From Macrostomum lignano (lineage: Eukaryota), in assembly GCA_002269645.1 (NCBI GenBank), contig NIVC01000172.1, forward strand, positions 334,558 through 398,557: a stretch of DNA of 64,000 bases, given 5' to 3'. Under the pieces are notes generated by a model. The model was not told the DNA's origin. It ran no database searches and saw nothing but the letters and a program-made list of their open reading frames with translations. The first letter of the stretch is position 1. Each line of letters begins with the position of its first letter. A program made the position numbers and the translations under genes. Below, in pieces: positions 11,096-22,522 of this stretch.

Positions 11096-11404
11096 GGCGA
11101 CGTGTTCAAACTGACGCTGGAAACAGACGAAGACTTGGTCACGGAGATCCGTCTGAAATACTTCGATACAGTGCCAGTAGCTGCCAGTATGTGCGTCCTC
11201 CGTACCGGCTTCCTGTTTGTGGCCTCGGAATTCGGCAACCACTATCTGTACCAGATCGCTCATTTGGGCGACGACGATGAGCCGACGTTCTCTTCGGCGA
11301 TACCGCTGGACCAGGGCGACACGTTCTACTTTGCGCCTAGGCCGCTGCGCAACCTGGTTATGGTTGACGAATTGGATAGCCTCTGCCCAGTGATGGACTG
11401 TCAG
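11096..11404 (+). CDS. SF3B3: SF3B3 exon 4
   Basis: GDVFKLTLETDEDLVTEIRLKYFDTVPVA...DELDSLCPVMDCQ; AG/GT boundaries. Confidence 0.97.
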
Positions 11405-11509
11405 GTGGGTCTGAGCTGTGCGGCTCAATTATAGGGCATAGTGTACTTTTGGGTAATGGTTAGATTAACATTGGCCGAAAGTTTAGTATGTGTTTTAGGG
11501 TGAAGTTTT

Positions 11510-11790
11510 GGCTATGTACTTTAGGGTGAGTTGTTCTATATGTACTTTAGGGTGAGTTGTTCTATATGTACTTTAGGGTGAGTTGTTCTATATGTACTTT
11601 AGGGTGAGTTGTTCTAACTGTACTTTAGGGTGAGTTGTTCTAATTGTACTTTAGGGTGAGTTGTCCTATATGTACTTTAAGGCGAGTTGTTCTATATGTA
11701 CTTTAGGGTGAGTTGTTAGCTATGTACTTTAGAGTGACGTGTTGGATATGTACTTTAGTGGTGTGTTGGGAATGTACTTTAGAGCAACGT
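11510..11790. repeat. 26-bp minisatellite (atgtactttagggtgagttgttctat) in intron 4
   Basis: Tandem copies. Confidence 0.9.
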
Positions 11791-11838
11791 GTCGATACGC
11801 TCTTTGCTCAACCCACCGTCCCTCCCCCGCAACCCCAG

Positions 11839-12159
11839 GTGGCGGACCTGGCCCGCGAGGACTCGGCCCAGCTGTTCACCCTGTGCGGCCGCGGTCCCCG
11901 GTCCTCGTTGCGCGTCCTTCGTCACGGCCTAGAGATCAGCGAGATGGCCGTGTCGGATCTGCCCGGCAGTCCCAACGCCGTCTGGACAGTGAAACGATTC
12001 AGCGATGAGGAGTTCGACTCCTACATTGTGGTGTCGTTCGTCAACGCCACCCTGGTGTTGAGCATCGGCGAAACCGTGGAGGAAGTCACCGATTCCGGAT
12101 TCCTGGGCACCACGCCGACACTGCAGTGCGGCCAATTGGGTGCCGACGCTCTGGTGCAG
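11839..12159 (+). CDS. SF3B3: SF3B3 exon 5
   Basis: VADLAREDSAQLFTLCGRGPRSSLRVLRHGLE...LGADALVQ; AG/GT boundaries. Confidence 0.97.
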
Positions 12160-12269
12160 GTGCGTAAACTGACTTAAGAATGTACGCTGGGATAGGGCGT
12201 CTAATGTACAATTGTTGTAGGGCGTTCTAATGTACGCATGCTGAGGGTAAGAGATTGAATAGATTGAAA

Positions 12270-12640
12270 TGTACACTGGGGGGTAAGACATTAAAATGTA
12301 CATTGGGGTTAAAGAGTTTGTGTAGTGTGTACACTGGGGGTAAGGAGTCAGTGTACATCGGGGTAGGGAGTCGGTGTACATTGGGGTAGGGAGTCAGTGT
12401 ACATTAGGGTAAAGGAGTCAGTGTACATTGGGGTAAAGGAGTCAGTGTACATTGGGGTAAAGGAGTCAGTTTACATTGGAGCAGGGGTCAGTACACTGGG
12501 GTAAGGAGTCAGTGTACATTGGATTAAGGAGTCAATGTACATTGGATTAAGGAGTCAGTGTACACTGGGGTAAGGAGTCAGTGTACATTGGATTAAGGAG
12601 TCAGTGTACATTGGGGTAAGGAGTCAGTGTAGAGTCAGTG
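12270..12640. repeat. About 23-24-bp minisatellite (gtgtacattggggtaaggagtca) in intron 5
   Basis: Tandem copies. Confidence 0.9.
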
Positions 12641-12686
12641 TTCACTGGCCTTAATATTGGACATGTGCTCCACCTTATCTCTGCAG

Positions 12687-13083
12687 GTGTACCCTGACGG
12701 CATTCGCCACATCCGGGCGGACAAGCGCATCAACGAATGGCGCGCACCTGGTAAGCGGATCATCGCCAGATGCGCCGTCAACCAACGCCAGGTGGCCATC
12801 GCCCTGGCCGGCGGCGAGCTGGTGTACTTCGAGATGGACGCGGCCGGCCAGCTGAACGAGTACACTGAGCGGAAGGACATGTCTGCAGATGTGGTCTGCA
12901 TGGCTCTTGGCCGGGTGCCGCCTGGTGAGCAGCGCTGCCGGTTTCTCGCCGTGGGACTGTCGGACAACACCGTCCGGATCGTCAGCTTGGACCCGGCCGA
13001 CTGCTTGGCGCCGCTCAGCCTGCAGGCGCTGCCAGCGCCGCCTGAGTCTCTGTGCCTGGCTCAGCTGGGATCTACTTTGTCAG
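12687..13083 (+). CDS. SF3B3: SF3B3 exon 6
   Basis: VYPDGIRHIRADKRINEW...QALPAPPESLCLAQLGSTLS; donor gttggt at 13084. Confidence 0.95.
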
Positions 13084-13099
13084 GTTGGTCTCTGGGGTT

Positions 13100-13535
13100 T
13101 GTCTGGTGCTGAGTTACTGGGGTTTATCTACTGCTGAGTTTTTTGTTTATCTAGTGCTGAGTTTCTGGTTTATCTAGTGCTGAGTTTCTGGTTTATCTAC
13201 TGCTGAGTTTCTGGTTTATCTAATGCTGAGTTTCTGGTTTATCTACTGCTGAGTTTCTGGTTTATCTACTGCTGAGTTTCTGGTTTATCTACTGCTGAGT
13301 TTCTGGTTTATCTACTGCTGAGTTTCTGGTTTATCTACTGCTGAGTTTTTGGTTTATCTACTGCTGAGTTTCTGGTTTATCTACTGCTGAGTTTCTGGTT
13401 TATCTACTGCTGAGTTTCTGGTTTATCTACTGCTGAGTTTCTGGTTTATCTACTGCTGAGTTTCTGGTTTATCTACTGCTGAGTTTTTGGTTTATCTACT
13501 GCTGAGTTTCTGGTTTATCTAATGCTGAGTTTCTT
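13100..13535. repeat. 23-bp minisatellite (tttatctactgctgagtttctgg) in intron 6
   Basis: About 18 tandem copies. Confidence 0.95.
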
Positions 13536-13679
13536 CAGCTCATGATTTCGATTTATGTCTAACGAGAAAAGTGATTTTCGCTTTATCTCTTATGCCTTTA
13601 CAGACTGCCTGTTACTACTTACAACATAACCATGTCAGTAGTATAAACATAATTTCCTTCCCATTAATTCTCCTATCAG

Positions 13680-14086
13680 GCGCCGCTCCGGACGCTCCCG
13701 GCGGCGCCAGTGGCGGAGGCGACGTGGGCTGGAGCGCCGGCACGCACTACCTGAACATCGGGCTGCAGAATGGAGTGCTGCTTCGGGCTCTGATCGACCC
13801 GGTGACAGGAGACCTGTCCGACACCCGCACCAGGTACCTGGGCAGCCGGCCAGTGAAACTGTTCCGAGTGTTCGTCCAAGGCTCGGAAGCTGTGCTCGCC
13901 ATCTCCTCGCGATCTTGGCTTTATTACACCTACCAGAGCCGCTTCCACCTGACTCCGCTGTCCTACGGTAGTCTGGAGTTCGCGTCCGGCTTCTCGTCTG
14001 AGCAGTGCCTGGAGGGCATTGTGGCAATAAGTGCCAGCACTTTGCGGATTCTCAGCCTGGAGAAACTTGGCACCGTGTTTAATCAG
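13680..14086 (+). CDS. SF3B3: SF3B3 exon 7
   Basis: GAAPDAPGG...[13 protein letters not shown]...[15 protein letters not shown]...[10 protein letters not shown]; AG/GT boundaries. Confidence 0.96.
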
Positions 14087-14139
14087 GTAGGTTTGCGCTT
14101 TTGTGTGCTGTCTCGCTGCAGCTGGCCTGGCTGAGGGCA

Positions 14140-14202
14140 ATAGACAGACAGACAGAAAGACAGACAGACAGACAGCACAGACAGACAGACACTCAGACAG
14201 AC

Positions 14203-14237
<35 letters not shown>

Positions 14238-14325
14238 GCACAGACAGACAGACAGACAGCACAGACAGACAGACACTCAGACAGACACAGACAGACAGCA
14301 CAGACAGACAGACACTCAGACAGAC

Positions 14326-14384
<59 letters not shown>

Positions 14385-14500
14385 CAGAAAGACAGACAGA
14401 CAGACAGACAGACACACAGACAGACACTTAGGCAGACAGACAGACAAACAGACAGACACTTAGGCAGACAAACAGACAGACAGACAGACACAGTCAGGCA
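14140..14500. repeat. (ACAG)n compound microsatellite in intron 7
   Basis: Direct observation. Confidence 0.97.
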
Positions 14501-14660
14501 GGTAGGCAGTTAGACAAATCGGCTTTACGAAGAAGCACTATACAATTTTAGTGAGCCAGCACTGCCTTTCTTAAAGTACAAGCAACGTGTGACCCGCAGC
14601 ATTTCGCGCCAGTTCAAATCCAACCCGCTGACCATACTGTGTCCCCCTCCCCGCCCGCAG

Positions 14661-15212
14661 GTGACCTTCCCTCTGCAGTACACGCCGCGCCGCCTGCTGC
14701 TACACGAGAGCGGCCAAGCCGTGCTCATCGAGACTGAGCACAACGCCTTCACTGAGGACAGCAAGCAGCAGAAGAAGCGCCAGATTGCTCAGGAGATGCT
14801 GGAGCAGGCCGGAGCCGACGGTGACCGATCCGGTGACGCCCAGCTGGTCAGGGAGATGGCCGCCGCCTTCCTCAGCGAGAACCTGCCCGAGCCCGTGTTC
14901 GGCGCGCCCAAGCCCGGCGCCGGCATGTGGGCCTCCGTGATCCGCGTGATGCGACCGCTCACTGGCCAGACTGCTCAGATTATCCGGCTGCAGCAGAATG
15001 AAGCTGCGCTCAGCATCTGCCTGTGCCGGTTCGCCTGCAACCCCATGGAATCCTATCTGCTAGTTGGCATTGTCAAGGACATGACCCTGGCGCCCAGGTC
15101 CGTTGGCGGCGCCGTCCTGCGAACCTATCGGGTTGTTGGCGCTCTCGAACGGCTGGACTTTCTGCACGAGACTGCTGTGGAGGACTCGCCTCAGGCTATG
15201 TGCCCCTTTCAG
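14661..15212 (+). CDS. SF3B3: SF3B3 exon 8
   Basis: VTFPLQYTPRRLLLHE...AAAFLSENLPEPVFGAPK...QAMCPFQ; AG/GT boundaries. Confidence 0.97.
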
Positions 15213-15254
15213 GTGCACGACCGCTTTTATCTACCTTGTTACGAATTGTACCTG

Positions 15255-16230
15255 TGTTGGGGAGATTTCTGGGAGAGGGACGGGAGGGTGAGAATTTGTG
15301 GGAGATTTCTGCCTGTGTTGAGATTTGTAAGAGATTTCTGTCTGTGTTGGGATTTCTGGGAGATTTCTCCCTGTGTTGGGATTTGTGGGAGATTTCTGCC
15401 TGTGTTGAGATTTGTAAGAGATTTCTGTCTGTGTTGGGATTTGTGGGAGATTTCTGTCTGTGTTGGGATTCGTGGGAGATTTCTGTATGTGTTGGGATTT
15501 GTGGGAGATTTCTGTCTGTGTTGGGATTTGTGGGAGATTTCTGTCTGTTGGGATTTGTGGGAGATTTCTGTCTGTTGGGATTTGTGGGAGATTTCTGTCT
15601 GTGTTGAGATTTGTAAGAGATTTCTGTCTGTGTTGAGATTTGTAAGAGATTTCTGTCTGTGTTGGGATTTGTGGGAGATTTCTGTCTGTGTTGGGATTTG
15701 TGGGAGATTTCTGTCTGTGTTGGGATTTGTGGGAGATTTCTGTCTGTTGGGATTTGTGGGAGATTTCTGTCTGTTGGGATTTGTGGGAGATTTCTGTCTG
15801 TGTTGAGATTTGTAAGAGATTTCTGTCTGTGTTGAGATTTGTAAGAGATTTCTGTCTGTGTTGGGATTTGTGGGAGATTTCTGTCTGTTGGGATTCGTGG
15901 GAGATTTCTGTATGTGTTGGGATTTGTGGGAGATTTCTGTCTGTGTTGGGATTTGTGGGAGATTTCTGTCTGTTGGGATTTGTGGGAGATTTCTGTCTGT
16001 GTTGAGATTTGTAAGAGATTTCTGTCTGTGTTGAGATTTGTAAGAGATTTCTGTCTGTGTTGGGATTTGTGGGAGATTTCTGTCTGTTGGGATTCGTGGG
16101 AGATTTCTGTATGTGTTGGGATTTGTAGGAGATTTTTAATTGTGTTGGGATTTGTGGGAGATTTCTGCCTGTTGGAATGGAATTTATGGGAGATTTCTGC
16201 CTGCTGGGATTTATGGGTGATTTTTCCCAT
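15255..16230. repeat. About 27-29-bp minisatellite (gggagatttctgtctgtgttgggatttgt) in intron 8
   Basis: Tandem copies with two unit variants; the long ORFs here are repeat artefacts. Confidence 0.95.
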
Positions 16231-16307
16231 TTGTGGACCTGGTGGTTTGCCTATAGTGGAATAATTCTCAAAGCAGTTCTGTAAACAATAATGAATAATT
16301 CCCGCAG

Positions 16308-16457
16308 GGTCGCGTCCTGGTCTCAGTCGGTCGCGTGCTGCGAATCTACGATTTGGGCAAGCAGAAAATGTTGCGCAAATGCGAGACCAAAGCCCTGCCC
16401 AACTATATTGTGTCCGTAGCGGCTTTCGGCGACCGCGTGGTCGCTGCCGATGTGCAG
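16308..16457 (+). CDS. SF3B3: SF3B3 exon 9
   Basis: GRVLVSVGRVLRIYDLGKQKMLRKCE...VVAADVQ; AG/GT boundaries. Confidence 0.96.
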
Positions 16458-16629
16458 GTGAGAAATTGTAGCACACAGTCTGAGCTTAGTAATATTAGTT
16501 CATTTCTTTCGTTCCGCAGCAAATTATTCCATTAAACTCCAATTATATGCTGAATAGATAAGAGTAGCTAATAAGAGTTGAATTTCCTGTTTTATTATTA
16601 CATTAAAATATTTAATTAATATATGTACA

Positions 16630-16935
16630 AACCTAAGCTGCCGACGGCTTTCTGTTGTTAAACGTAAGCCGATATGTATTGAAAACAATAAGATAAAGCA
16701 GCTTTAGCTTTCTGTTATTTCTAGTAGGCCGATATGTATCGAAAACAATACGATAAAGCAGCTTTAGCTTCCTGCTATTTCCAGTTAGCCGATATGTATC
16801 GAAAAGCAATTTAATTTGGGAGTTTTAGTTTCCCCCTATTTTAAGTGGGCCGATATGTATCGAAAAGCAATTTAGTTAAGGAGTTTTAGTTTCCCGCTAT
16901 TTTAAGTGGGCCGACATGTATCGAAAACAATATAA
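16630..16935. repeat. About 60-bp degenerate tandem repeat (gccgatatgtatcgaaaa core) in intron 9
   Basis: Five or six copies of the core at about 60-bp spacing. Confidence 0.8.
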
Positions 16936-16964
16936 CCAAGTATCTCATAACCCTACGCCGGCAG

Positions 16965-17336
16965 GAGTCGGTCTTCTGGATGCGCTACCGAGCCTCGGAC
17001 AACCAGCTGCTGGTGTTCGCTGACGATTCGCTGCCCCGCTGGGTGACCTGCCTGGCCATGCTGGACCAGTTCAGTGTCGCTGTCGGCGACAAGTTCGGCA
17101 ACATCTGCGTCCTCCGCCTGCCGCCCGACGCCGTCGAAGACGACGCCGACGATGTTGGCGACCTGGGCTCGGCGCGCGGCTCCCTGTTTGACAGGGGCGG
17201 CCTGCTGGGCAGCTCCAGTCAGAAATGCGTGGCCGAGTGCACCTTCCACGTCGGCGAAGCGCTGAGCAGCCTGCGGAAGACCAGCCTGGTGCCCGGCGGG
17301 AACGACTGCCTGCTGTACACCACCATCAGCGGATCC
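16965..17336 (+). CDS. SF3B3: SF3B3 exon 10
   Basis: ESVFWMRYRASDNQLLVFADDSLPRWVT...DKFGNICVLRLP...LYTTISGS; donor gtgagt. Confidence 0.97.
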
Positions 17337-17364
17337 GTGAGTGCCGGTTTGTCTATTATTTGTC

Positions 17365-17830
17365 ATCCCAGATCCCCACTTTAAGCTCCTGACATCCCAG
17401 ATCCCCACTTTAAGCTCCTGACATCCCAGATCCCCACTTTAAGCTCCTGACATCCCAGATCCCCACTTTAAGCTCCTGACATCCCAGATCCCCACTTTAA
17501 GCTCCTGACATCCCAGATCCCCACTTTAAGCTCCTGACATCCCAGATCCCCACTTTAAGCTCCTGACATCCCAGATCCCCACTTTAAGCTCCTGACATCC
17601 CAGATCCCCACTTTAAGCTCCTGACATCCCAGATCCCCACTTTAAGCTCCTGACATCCCAGATCCCCACTTTAAGCTCCTGACATCCCAGATCCCCACTT
17701 TAAGCTCCTGACATCCCAGATCCCCACTTTAAGCTCCTGACATCCCAGATCCCCACTTTAAGCTCCTGACATCCCAGATCCCCACTTTAAGCTCCTGACA
17801 TCCCAGATCCCCTCTTTAAGCTCCTGGCCG
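17365..17830. repeat. 30-bp minisatellite (cccagatccccactttaagctcctgacat) in intron 10
   Basis: About 15 perfect copies. Confidence 0.97.
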
Positions 17831-17928
17831 ACCAGATCCACATGCTCTGCTCTTGACACGGATTCCCACTTTTATCTACCTGACATCCCAGACCCCTAGC
17901 AACAAGTGAACCCTCTCTCACTCCTCAG

Positions 17929-18207
17929 GTGGGCATCGCGCTCCCCCTGGCCAGCAAGGAGGAGCACGACCTGTTCCAGCACCTGGAGCTGCACCTGCGC
18001 TCCCAGCACCTGTCCCTGCTTGGCCGGGACCACCTGCAGTTCCGGTCGATGTACTTTCCCAATCGGCGAGTGATCGACGGCGACCTGTGCGAGATGTTCA
18101 ACAACCTGGAGCCGGCCAGGCAGAAGGAGATCGCCCAGGAGCTGGACCGGACACCCAGCGAGCTGTCCAAGAAGCTGGAGGACATCAGGACTCGGTTCGC
18201 TTTCTGA
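17929..18207 (+). CDS. SF3B3: SF3B3 exon 11 (last)
   Basis: VGIALPLASKEEHDLFQHLELHLRS...IDGDLCEMF...KKLEDIRTRFAF-stop. The spliced total is 3708 nt (1235 aa plus stop) and all phases are consistent. Confidence 0.97.
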   Translation: MGIALPLASKEEHDLFQHLELHLRSQHLSLLGRDHLQFRSMYFPNRRVIDGDLCEMFNNLEPARQKEIAQELDRTPSELSKKLEDIRTRFAF

Positions 18208-18495
18208 GTCATTGTGACAAACTGTTTGACTCTGCGGACTTATGTCCGAGTTAATTGTGCTGTTTTTCCTAATAACTTTTCCTATTGTTTGTGTTGTCTG
18301 CTGAATTATTAATAGTAATAGTTTAGTAATCATTATGTACAGTTTCCAGTCCGGTGGAAATAAACTTGCAGCAATGCTAGCGCTCGCATTCAAACTGCCA
18401 GGCGGTTTTTTAAATTCAATTTCTAGGAATGAGCAGCTAATTGATATTAAGTGCTGGTGCTGAGTATGCCCTGGTTTTTCTACTCTATTAAAGTA

Positions 18496-19241
18496 TAGCT
18501 TTTTGCAGCCCATTTGGGCTTACGCGCATTGAATTTAATCCAAGACATGTTTGTCAAAGTAATGGAGCTTTTGTCTATGGTAGCAAGGCTGGCACAGCGG
18601 CATTTTATTTGGTCCAACAAGCATCAATTTGGTCCATTTAGTTCATTTGCAGCTCAGTCCCAGAATTGTGGACCATATGCTAGGCTGTTGAACGGATGTC
18701 ATTGGCTTGTGATCGAAGCACTCGACGGAGGTGAACACCCAAAGGACATTGCAAGGTTGCTGAATGTAAAAGAAAAGGTGGTTTACAGCATCCAGCAGCG
18801 CGTTGAAACTCTGCCGGCAGAGATTGCCTGCAAAAGGGTGGCAATCGCCAAGGAAAGTTGCTCGAGAGCCTCAGGTCCAACTGCTACTCGATGCAGTGGA
18901 GACGAACCCTTTGTTGACGTTGCCGAAATGCAGCAGAAGTTGAGGGAACAGCTCCAGTTGGTTATCAGATTTCGACTATCAGCAGAGCTCTGGAAAAGCA
19001 ACTGAAAACTTTTGGTAAGAGACGCTGACATTCCAGCGGTGCGCAACAACCTGCAGACGGTTGAGAGAAGGCAAGAGTTTGTCCAATGGCTCACGAGTGT
19101 TTGGACCAAATTGATGCTTTTTGGACCAAATTAATGCCGCTGCGCCAGCCTTGCTACCATAGACAAAAGCTCCGTTACATTGGCAAACGTATCTTGGATT
19201 AAATTAAATGCGCGTAAGCCCAAATGGGCTGCAATATGCTA
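18496..19241 (+). mobile_element. Non-autonomous Tc1/mariner-like element (746 bp) with about 140-bp TIRs and an HTH-coding remnant
   Basis: 18496-18636 is the reverse complement of about 19103-19241; TA lies on both sides; the paralogous empty site is near 26650. The internal ORF contains VIEALDGGEHPKDIARLLNVKEKVVYSIQQR, resembling the Tc1 N-terminal HTH. Confidence 0.8.
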
Positions 19242-19444
19242 TATTGGCAGTCCGCGGCAATGTGCAGCAATATCCGAGCAAAAGAGGCAATAATAACGAC
19301 TATGAATTTTCATGAGATGTTGCAATCATCGTGGCATCAACTTTTCATTTAAAGTAAGCCATCACCAGAGAACACACTAATCCATTTTATTTAACAATAT
19401 TAATATTAGTTGTGGTCTCATCAGCAGGTGTATTAATATGCGGT

Positions 19445-21342
19445 CTATTCAGGCAGGTGCAGTACAAACTGAATCTGGCCATGCGACTGGGTGTTCTCGC
19501 ATTCGATGGGCTTTCCGCCAAGCAGATCTTGCATGCACCTCTGTACCATGTTAGCCAGCTGACGAAAGTCTTCAATGCTGCTCAAGTTGGTCTGGCGGAT
19601 TCTGGGATAATTGTCGAGAACTCTTCGTAGAGCCTGCAGCATCCACCCACCTGTGTCTGGCCGAGAGTAGGCCATGTGCCCTGGACAGCTGGCGAAAAGC
19701 GCGGAGCAGCCCGGCACAAGACTTGGCAACGAGCTGCCAGCGGTTTCAGCGTCTTCAAAGCTGAAGCCTTCCAGCTGGGTGCTGAGCTCATCAACACTGT
19801 GCCGATAGGTACCTCTGCAAGCCTGATAGAAGACTCTGACGTGGCTGGCAATTTTTTTCAATTTGTTTACCAAGTCCGGAAGTTCAACAACTGTTCCGTC
19901 TGAGAGGACAAAGCCGTCTTGAGATCCATGGGCCGATATGAACAAGTAAATTTTAATATTTGATGACGCATTGGCTGAATGGCGTTTACATGAATCTAAT
20001 ATGGCCTTGATGAAAACTGAATAGGTGCTTTTTAAGATATTATATCCATGCAGCATGTAGATGTTGTTTTTTATGCAGCCAAGCATCTCAGAAATTTTTC
20101 TGCAGTTCTTAAAATCGGCGTCGCAACCAGACCTATCCGGAAGATTACTCGTACTTCCTGAGCTGCTGTAGCTCTGCACAAACACGCCCACCGCTAACAG
20201 AGTGTTCTGTCCGGACTCTGCGCGTACATGTGCCAGCTCAGCGGGTTCCTCACCGACTAGCTGGGGTAAGTCTGTAATTTGTGTTTGTCTGTATCCTTGA
20301 GGATCCAAACCTCTAGGAATTCCAGTTCCCAGCAGAAATTCAAATCCTACAGCTTGCAGCAGGCGCACCATGTTGCTCACTCCATGTTGTTCGGTAATAG
20401 AAGTCACAGCCTGCTTCAAGTAAATATTTAGCAAATCCCAACCGGAAAATTGGGCAGTGAATCTGTAGACCTCAAGGCCACTGAAAGCTGCGCTATGCTG
20501 AATCTGCTGGACCTGCTGCGGTCTGTGAAAAAGGAGGTTATGGCGAAAACTTAGAGTTACCCTACTGATAACCATAATTTCCGCGACTTTTTAACACTTG
20601 GGGAATAGGCAAGACGAACAAGCAGTGCACTACATCTCTACAAATAAATAAAGTGAAAACAAGTTAATCAATTACACACCGGATAAGTGGAAGGCTTGAC
20701 GTGGCCTTTTTGGGGGAAAATTTCCCAATAGACACGCACAGTTGAAATATTGTAACGGAGTTCAGGTCAAGCTGACGATTCCTGGGAATGCAATCGTACA
20801 GGTCGCTTTCACGCACTATGCCGCCAAGAACAGGTCGCCCGTCTGCTGTAACCAACAGAACATGCAGCAGCCACCTGCTGCCAGAATAATAAGCATCATC
20901 CAAGCAGTTCCTGACTGCATTTCGGTAGTCGTCAAGGTTGTCAATCCGAATTGCCCGCAGTCTGACTGACTGCATTGATGGTAAGTTATTCAAGTTTACA
21001 ACTCCCCGGTGCGGGCTCAGAACAAGCAGCCGCAAAGTGATCGTACTGATTGAGGCGGCCTCTGCAGGGGGAACTGAGGCGTCACTTTGCCGTTGCAGGC
21101 CTTGCGGCTCTGAAAGGTTATTCGAGGCAAAGAAAACGCTGAAAACTGCTTTGGCTTGCAAAAAGGAAATCAACTCTTTAGTTGCTGGGCAAAAGTGATG
21201 CGCACAAACCTGAATGATCTGGCAGCGGAGCAACATTGTCCTCTTCGGGATCGGCAGAAACGCTCGAGTTTCTGGTCCTGCCGATTGGTGCTGCAGCTTC
21301 CAGAGGCAAATCTTCTTCGTTGGATTGGTTTGACTTGTCCAT
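19445..21342 (-). CDS. Caspase-family protease (peptidase C14), 3 exons: 21342-21210, 21109-20680, 20522-19445 (about 546 aa)
   Basis: Catalytic motifs ISAHG and YQACRG, plus RSGCDAD. GT/AG junctions give consistent phases (1, then 2) and a total of 1641 nt. A polyA signal lies near 19386 on the minus strand. Confidence 0.85.
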
Positions 21343-21633
21343 TTCAACTCGGAATTGGAGCTGCAAATATTAAATATAATATTACTGTTATGGAGGCGAA
21401 AAAAGAAAACATGCATGAGTGTAAAATAATTAGGCATTCCTACTTAGCCTCTTTAAATGAAAGGTGCATCATCTATGCTCATCTAAGGTTGCATTGTCAG
21501 GTTTATTTTGTAATAAAATAAAGCAAACTAATAAAACAAATTAATTAGAACAAATTGGTATTCAGTATTTTTTATTGATTAGAACCATGTTGGGGTAAGA
21601 GTGAATGCACAGATGGCTGTCTCATGCCAGGTG

Positions 21634-22522
21634 CCCGAGAAAAAAAAACAAACCAAACTTGCTAAGTACTTGGTAAGTCAACAATGCAACCTCGTGGCAA
21701 GTACCGCCTAAGTACTTTCTAAGTTTTCCAAGTACACTCAATAAGTACTTTCCAAGTATGCAATGTTTTCTCCAGTCACTTCTCAAGTACTTTCCAAGTA
21801 TGCAATGTTTTCTCCAGTCACTTCTCAAGTACTTTCCAAGTATGCAATGTTTTCTCCAGTCACTTCTCAAGTACTTTCCAAGTATGCAATGTTTTCTCCA
21901 GTCACTTCTCAAGTACTTTCCAAGTATGCAATGTTTTCTCCAGTCACTTCTCAAGTACTTTCCAAGTATGCAATGTTTTCTCCAGTCACTTCTCAAGTAC
22001 TTTCCAAGTATGTAATGTTTTCTCCAGTCACTTCTCAAGTACTTTCCAAGTATGCAATGTTTTCTCCAATCACTTCTCAAGTACTTTCCAAGTATGCAAT
22101 GTTTTCTTAAATCACTTTTCAGGTACCTTCCAAGTATGCAATGTTTTCTCCAGTCACTTCTCAAGTACTTTCCAAGTATGCAATGTTTTCTCCAGTCACT
22201 TCTCAAGTACTTTCCAAGTATGCAATGTTTTCTCCAGTCACTTCTCAAGTACTTTCCAAGTACTTGGATGTAGACATCGGAAGTGTACTTTGCAAACTTG
22301 GAAAGTCGAACCAAGTAGGCTCTACTTTGGATACTTTCCAAGTACTTGGATGTAGACATCGGAAGTGTACTTTGCAAACTTGGAAAGTCGATTGAAGTTG
22401 GGTAAAAACATTGCATACTTTTTAAGTACATGACAATGATACTTTGCAAACTTGGTAAGTCAACAATGTCATCCAAGTACATGGTTGACTTGGAAAGTTT
22501 AGCATGTTTTTTTTTTCCCGGG
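21634..22522. mobile_element. Non-autonomous TIR element (CMC/EnSpm-like) with an internal 42-bp satellite
   Basis: Ends cccgagaaaaaaaaaac / gttttttttttcccggg, with 2-bp tg on both sides; about 12 copies of caagtatgcaatgttttctccagtcacttctcaagtactttc at about 21750-22260. Confidence 0.65.

Noticed and set aside
13676-16476. Long ORFs such as (VCLS)n, (QTDR)n and (RNLPQIP)n
   Set aside because: Translations of the intronic micro- and minisatellites of SF3B3.
21622-22482. 286-aa (KYLRSDWRKHCILG)n ORF
   Set aside because: A stop-free frame of the 42-bp satellite with no evidence of coding.
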